A DNA stretch of 64,000 nucleotides from the human T2T-CHM13v2.0 reference genome, Homo sapiens: NCBI RefSeq assembly GCF_009914755.1, contig NC_060943.1; one strand, written 5' to 3'. Positions 60,790-64,000 of this stretch are shown one piece after another. Both the position numbers and the translations under genes were made by a program. Position 1 is the stretch's first letter. Each line of letters begins with the position of its first letter. The notes under the pieces are model-generated. The model worked only from the letters and a program-made list of their open reading frames with translations, made no database searches and was not told the origin of the DNA.

Positions 60790-61249
60790 AGTTCCAGAGT
60801 TGATCCATCCTGGCTCTGTGTACCAGGGGGTACAAGGTACAGGTACAGATGCCCTGCATGGATCATCCTGAACCAATCACCAGGGTGAGAGAGACTGAGT
60901 GTGCTGACTTGGTGAGCCCAGGATGGAATAAGCCTCACCAGATGCATCTGGGCTGAGAGTGGGATGGGCAGATCCTCCCGCAAAAATCAGACAAGCTATT
61001 ATTGGAGAGGAAGCAGATGCCAGGAGGCCAAACTGATGTCCCCTGCAAGAAATCTGCAGGGGCCCACCCCAAGGCAACAGCTGTGGGAGGACTGCCCCAG
61101 GATTGGAGCACACAGACCCAAGGAAACTTGGCCCAAATGTGCTTTTGTCTTGGAATTTCATCTTCACAGGGTAACTGTGTGAAGGAGAGACATGGCGAGG
61201 CTCAAGCTTGGAAGATGTACATGTCATTCTGGAAACACTTGTGCATCAT

Positions 61250-61627
61250 TATATTAGTCTGTTCTAACACTGCTGTAAAGAACTGCCTGAGACTGGGTAA
61301 TTTATAAAGGAAAGAGGTTTAATTGACTCACAGTTCCACATGGCTGGGGAGGCCTCAGGAAACTTACAATCGTGGTGGAAGGGGAAGCAAACATGTCCTT
61401 CTTCACATGGCAGCAGGAGAGAGAAGAATAAGAGCTGAGTGAAGGGGGAAGCCCCTTATAAAATCATCAGACCTTGTGAGAACTCACTCAGTATCACAAG
61501 AATAGCATGGGGGAAACCGGCCCCTTGATTAAATTACCTCCCACCGAGTCCCTCCCACAACATGTGGGGATTATGGGAACTACAACTCAAGATGAGATTT
61601 GGGTGGGGACACAGCCAAACCATATCA
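61250..61627 (-). mobile_element. THE1 (C/D-like) solo LTR
   Basis: tatattagtctgttct...ggggacacagccaaaccatatca; perfect TSD ATCAT (61245-61249 / 61628-61632). Confidence 0.9.
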
Positions 61628-62189
61628 ATCATGTATGCTGAGAAAAACCATTTTCATTAGCTTCCCCTCGACCTTCCATGTTGCTGCAAATGAACCCACA
61701 GTTCCATCTCGAAAATTCAACTGGAACTATTCCCTTTGTTAAATAAACTTCATTTAAGGGCTGACTGCCTTTGGCCCTGGGAGAAAATGCATCTTTGCTT
61801 TTGCTGAGACCAATCTAGGTCAGCAAAGCAAAAGCTTTGTATTTTTTAGAGACATGAACTGCAGCTTAGATGAAGACCAGGGGAAGCATCCACTCTGAAG
61901 GTGCAAAGTGGAGAACCGCAAGTAGTCACAGTGGGAGCAGGCTCCAGAGGCCTCCTGCCGCCTCCCTTGCCCCTCAGCCAGGAAAGCCCTTTGAAACAGA
62001 GCATCCTGCTTTTGCAAGCCGCACCAGCAATGTCTTCAGGGCAGTCTCAGAGTGCTCCCTGCTGCCTGGGGCCTGAAGCAGCGCTTTCCAAAGTAGTTTT
62101 TGCAGAGGCTGCTAGTTTGTTCAGGAGGGAGAACAGACATGGGGGAATTGAGGTCTCTGTTCTCCACCCCTGTATCCTTTTGCTAGCAG

Positions 62190-62680
62190 GAGACAGCCAT
62201 GCAGTAGCCACCTCCAAAACGGTCCCCAGTGACCCCTGCCTCTTGGTATTGTGGTCCTCTCCCACAAGGAGTAGGACTGGCTCATGCAACAATAGAACAT
62301 TGCAGAAATTGTGGTGTCTTTGGAGAGTCGTTCATGAAAAACACTGCAGCTCCTGCCTTGCTAGCTCTTGGATCATCCACTCTGGAGAAGCCAGCTGAAG
62401 ATATACTCAAAACCATCCTCAAATCATGGCAAGGAACTTAGGACTCCTACCCACATCCCTGTGTAGGGGCCATCCTGGGACTGGATGCTGCACCCACAGC
62501 CAAGCCTACAGATGAACAAACCTCTGGCTGACATGTGGACTGCAAGTTGGAAAACCCTGAGGCAGGACTACTCAGTTAAGCCATTCCCAACTTCCTGACC
62601 TGCAGAAACTGAGATAGGAAACGTCCTTTTAAGCCACTACATTTTAGGGTAATTGGTTGTGCAGTAATAAATGGTAACAC
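62190..62680 (+). mobile_element. MLT1-type LTR
   Basis: ccccagtgacccctgcctcttggtatt...ttttaagccactacattttagggtaattggttgtgcag. Confidence 0.65.
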
Positions 62681-63706
62681 TCCACTTCCAGATGCAGGCG
62701 AACAAGTCTTGTCTCCTCATTATCCCCCGGTACTTGAAAGACTTGCTCTCACTCACTGCCCTGATCTCACCCTGCTGGGCGGAAGCTTCCTGAAGGCAGG
62801 GACCAGGTTGTAATTAATCATTCTTCCTATGTCTATGTCCCTAATATCCCCACACACTGTAAATGCTGCATGGACACTTACCAGATTCACTTGAATTTCT
62901 GTCTTTCTGGATGAGAGAAATCCTGGGAGCACAGCTGTGCTTCTTTCTCCCAGAAATTTCCTTCCTCAACTCAAGATGAGAAATACAGCTTTTTAATTAA
63001 CAGAAACTATCTCAACCCAGATCTCAAGTCATTTGATGTGATTCGGGGACTGCTTCTTGCAGAGACAACAGTTACTTGCAAAAAAAGCCCACAAGTCAAT
63101 GCAACTGATTTCAGGAAATTGGGTCCAGCAAGCAGCCTCCACATCCAGGAGGGACCTCACTGCAGCACGGATGGGCAGCACATGTCTGCTCAGCCAACTC
63201 ACTGTCCCTGCTAAGCCACAGGCTTCCAGCCACCTGCTGATCAGCAAGGACTTTACATGTGTCCTCTACCTGCCTGCCACTCTGCCGAGGTGTCCAACAC
63301 AGAGCCCCGGTCCCCAAGAGGCTTTCATTCGGCTAAGCAAGATGTTCATGCAGAAAGATCAGCTACACTTAAATCTGAATTCACCCAGGATTGGTTAGTG
63401 TGTCATTGACTAAATGGTCTTGGAGAACTGAGAAAGGGATCTTTGTTCAGGGAAAATATACCACAACCTCCCCTCAGGGCACAGGAACCTCAAGGGGTTC
63501 ATGGTCTAATGGGGAAAGCTTTCCACAGAGGGAATTTCAAAGGGTGTGCAGGGAGTGGCTGGAAAGGAAGAAAGGATAATCCAAGTTGTTGAGTCTTCAT
63601 GAACAAACAGCCCAGAGAGACAGAGGTGACAAGGAGTCTGTCATGACCCAGCATGAAGTGTAAGATGGAGTGACGAGACATAAGGTTGGGGCACAAGCCA
63701 TGGGGA

Positions 63707-64000
63707 TGTTGGTAGATAATTCATAAGTGTCTCACATTTCTGCATATCTCATGAGCAGAGGCACTGTTGGCCCTTGTGGTAGACTATCTTTTCAAGGCTA
63801 TTTATACAGTGAACAGCTTTGGAAGATAGAGACAGATTTGCAAAGGGCAGGCACACTGACAGCCCACTATTTAAAAAGTAAGGGACACTAAGAGTTCCTT
63901 GCCTGGAACGAAACCCCTACATGGGAAGTTTCCCTCAGCCCTCTGCATTGCCCTGGGGAATTAGAACTCAGAGAATCAGTACACAAAAATGCTGGTACTC
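63707..64000 (+). mobile_element. ERVL-class LTR (LTR40-like), running off the window
   Basis: tgttggtagataattc...catttctgca...gagcagaggcactg...gactatcttttcaagg...ttggaagatagaga resembles the LTR40 start as I recall it. Confidence 0.45.

Overview
Human (primate) genomic DNA containing the 3' part of VSTM2B on the + strand. It holds a 30-nt in-frame exon (31-60), a 472-nt exon in a CpG island (1417-1888; end of the Ig V-set domain plus an Ala/Pro/Ser/Thr-rich stalk), a 33.5-kb intron, and a terminal exon (coding 35441-35529) with an AU-rich 3'UTR and several AATAAA signals. The rest is intronic or intergenic and repeat-dense: about 15 Alus, a decayed near-full-length sense L1 (23944-30480) with a second L1 3' end in its tail, MaLR/ERVL LTRs, L2/MIR, and DNA-transposon MITEs (MER53, MADE2, MER5A). 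There are two large tandem arrays: a TGGA-derived array with a hidden 59-bp period (about 12.95-14.35 kb) and a 1.7-kb G-rich 26-27-bp minisatellite just downstream of the gene. No other protein-coding gene is supported; almost all ORFs in the track are repeat-derived or chance ORFs. I see no wholly new biological system. The best leads are a GPI-like anchor on a separate distant exon, a microexon with a neural splicing signature and AG|GT junction, a miR-1302-like MER53 hairpin, a possible terminator/G4 VNTR, and several nested retrotransposition events. Gene and repeat names come from recognition of the sequence, not from database searches.
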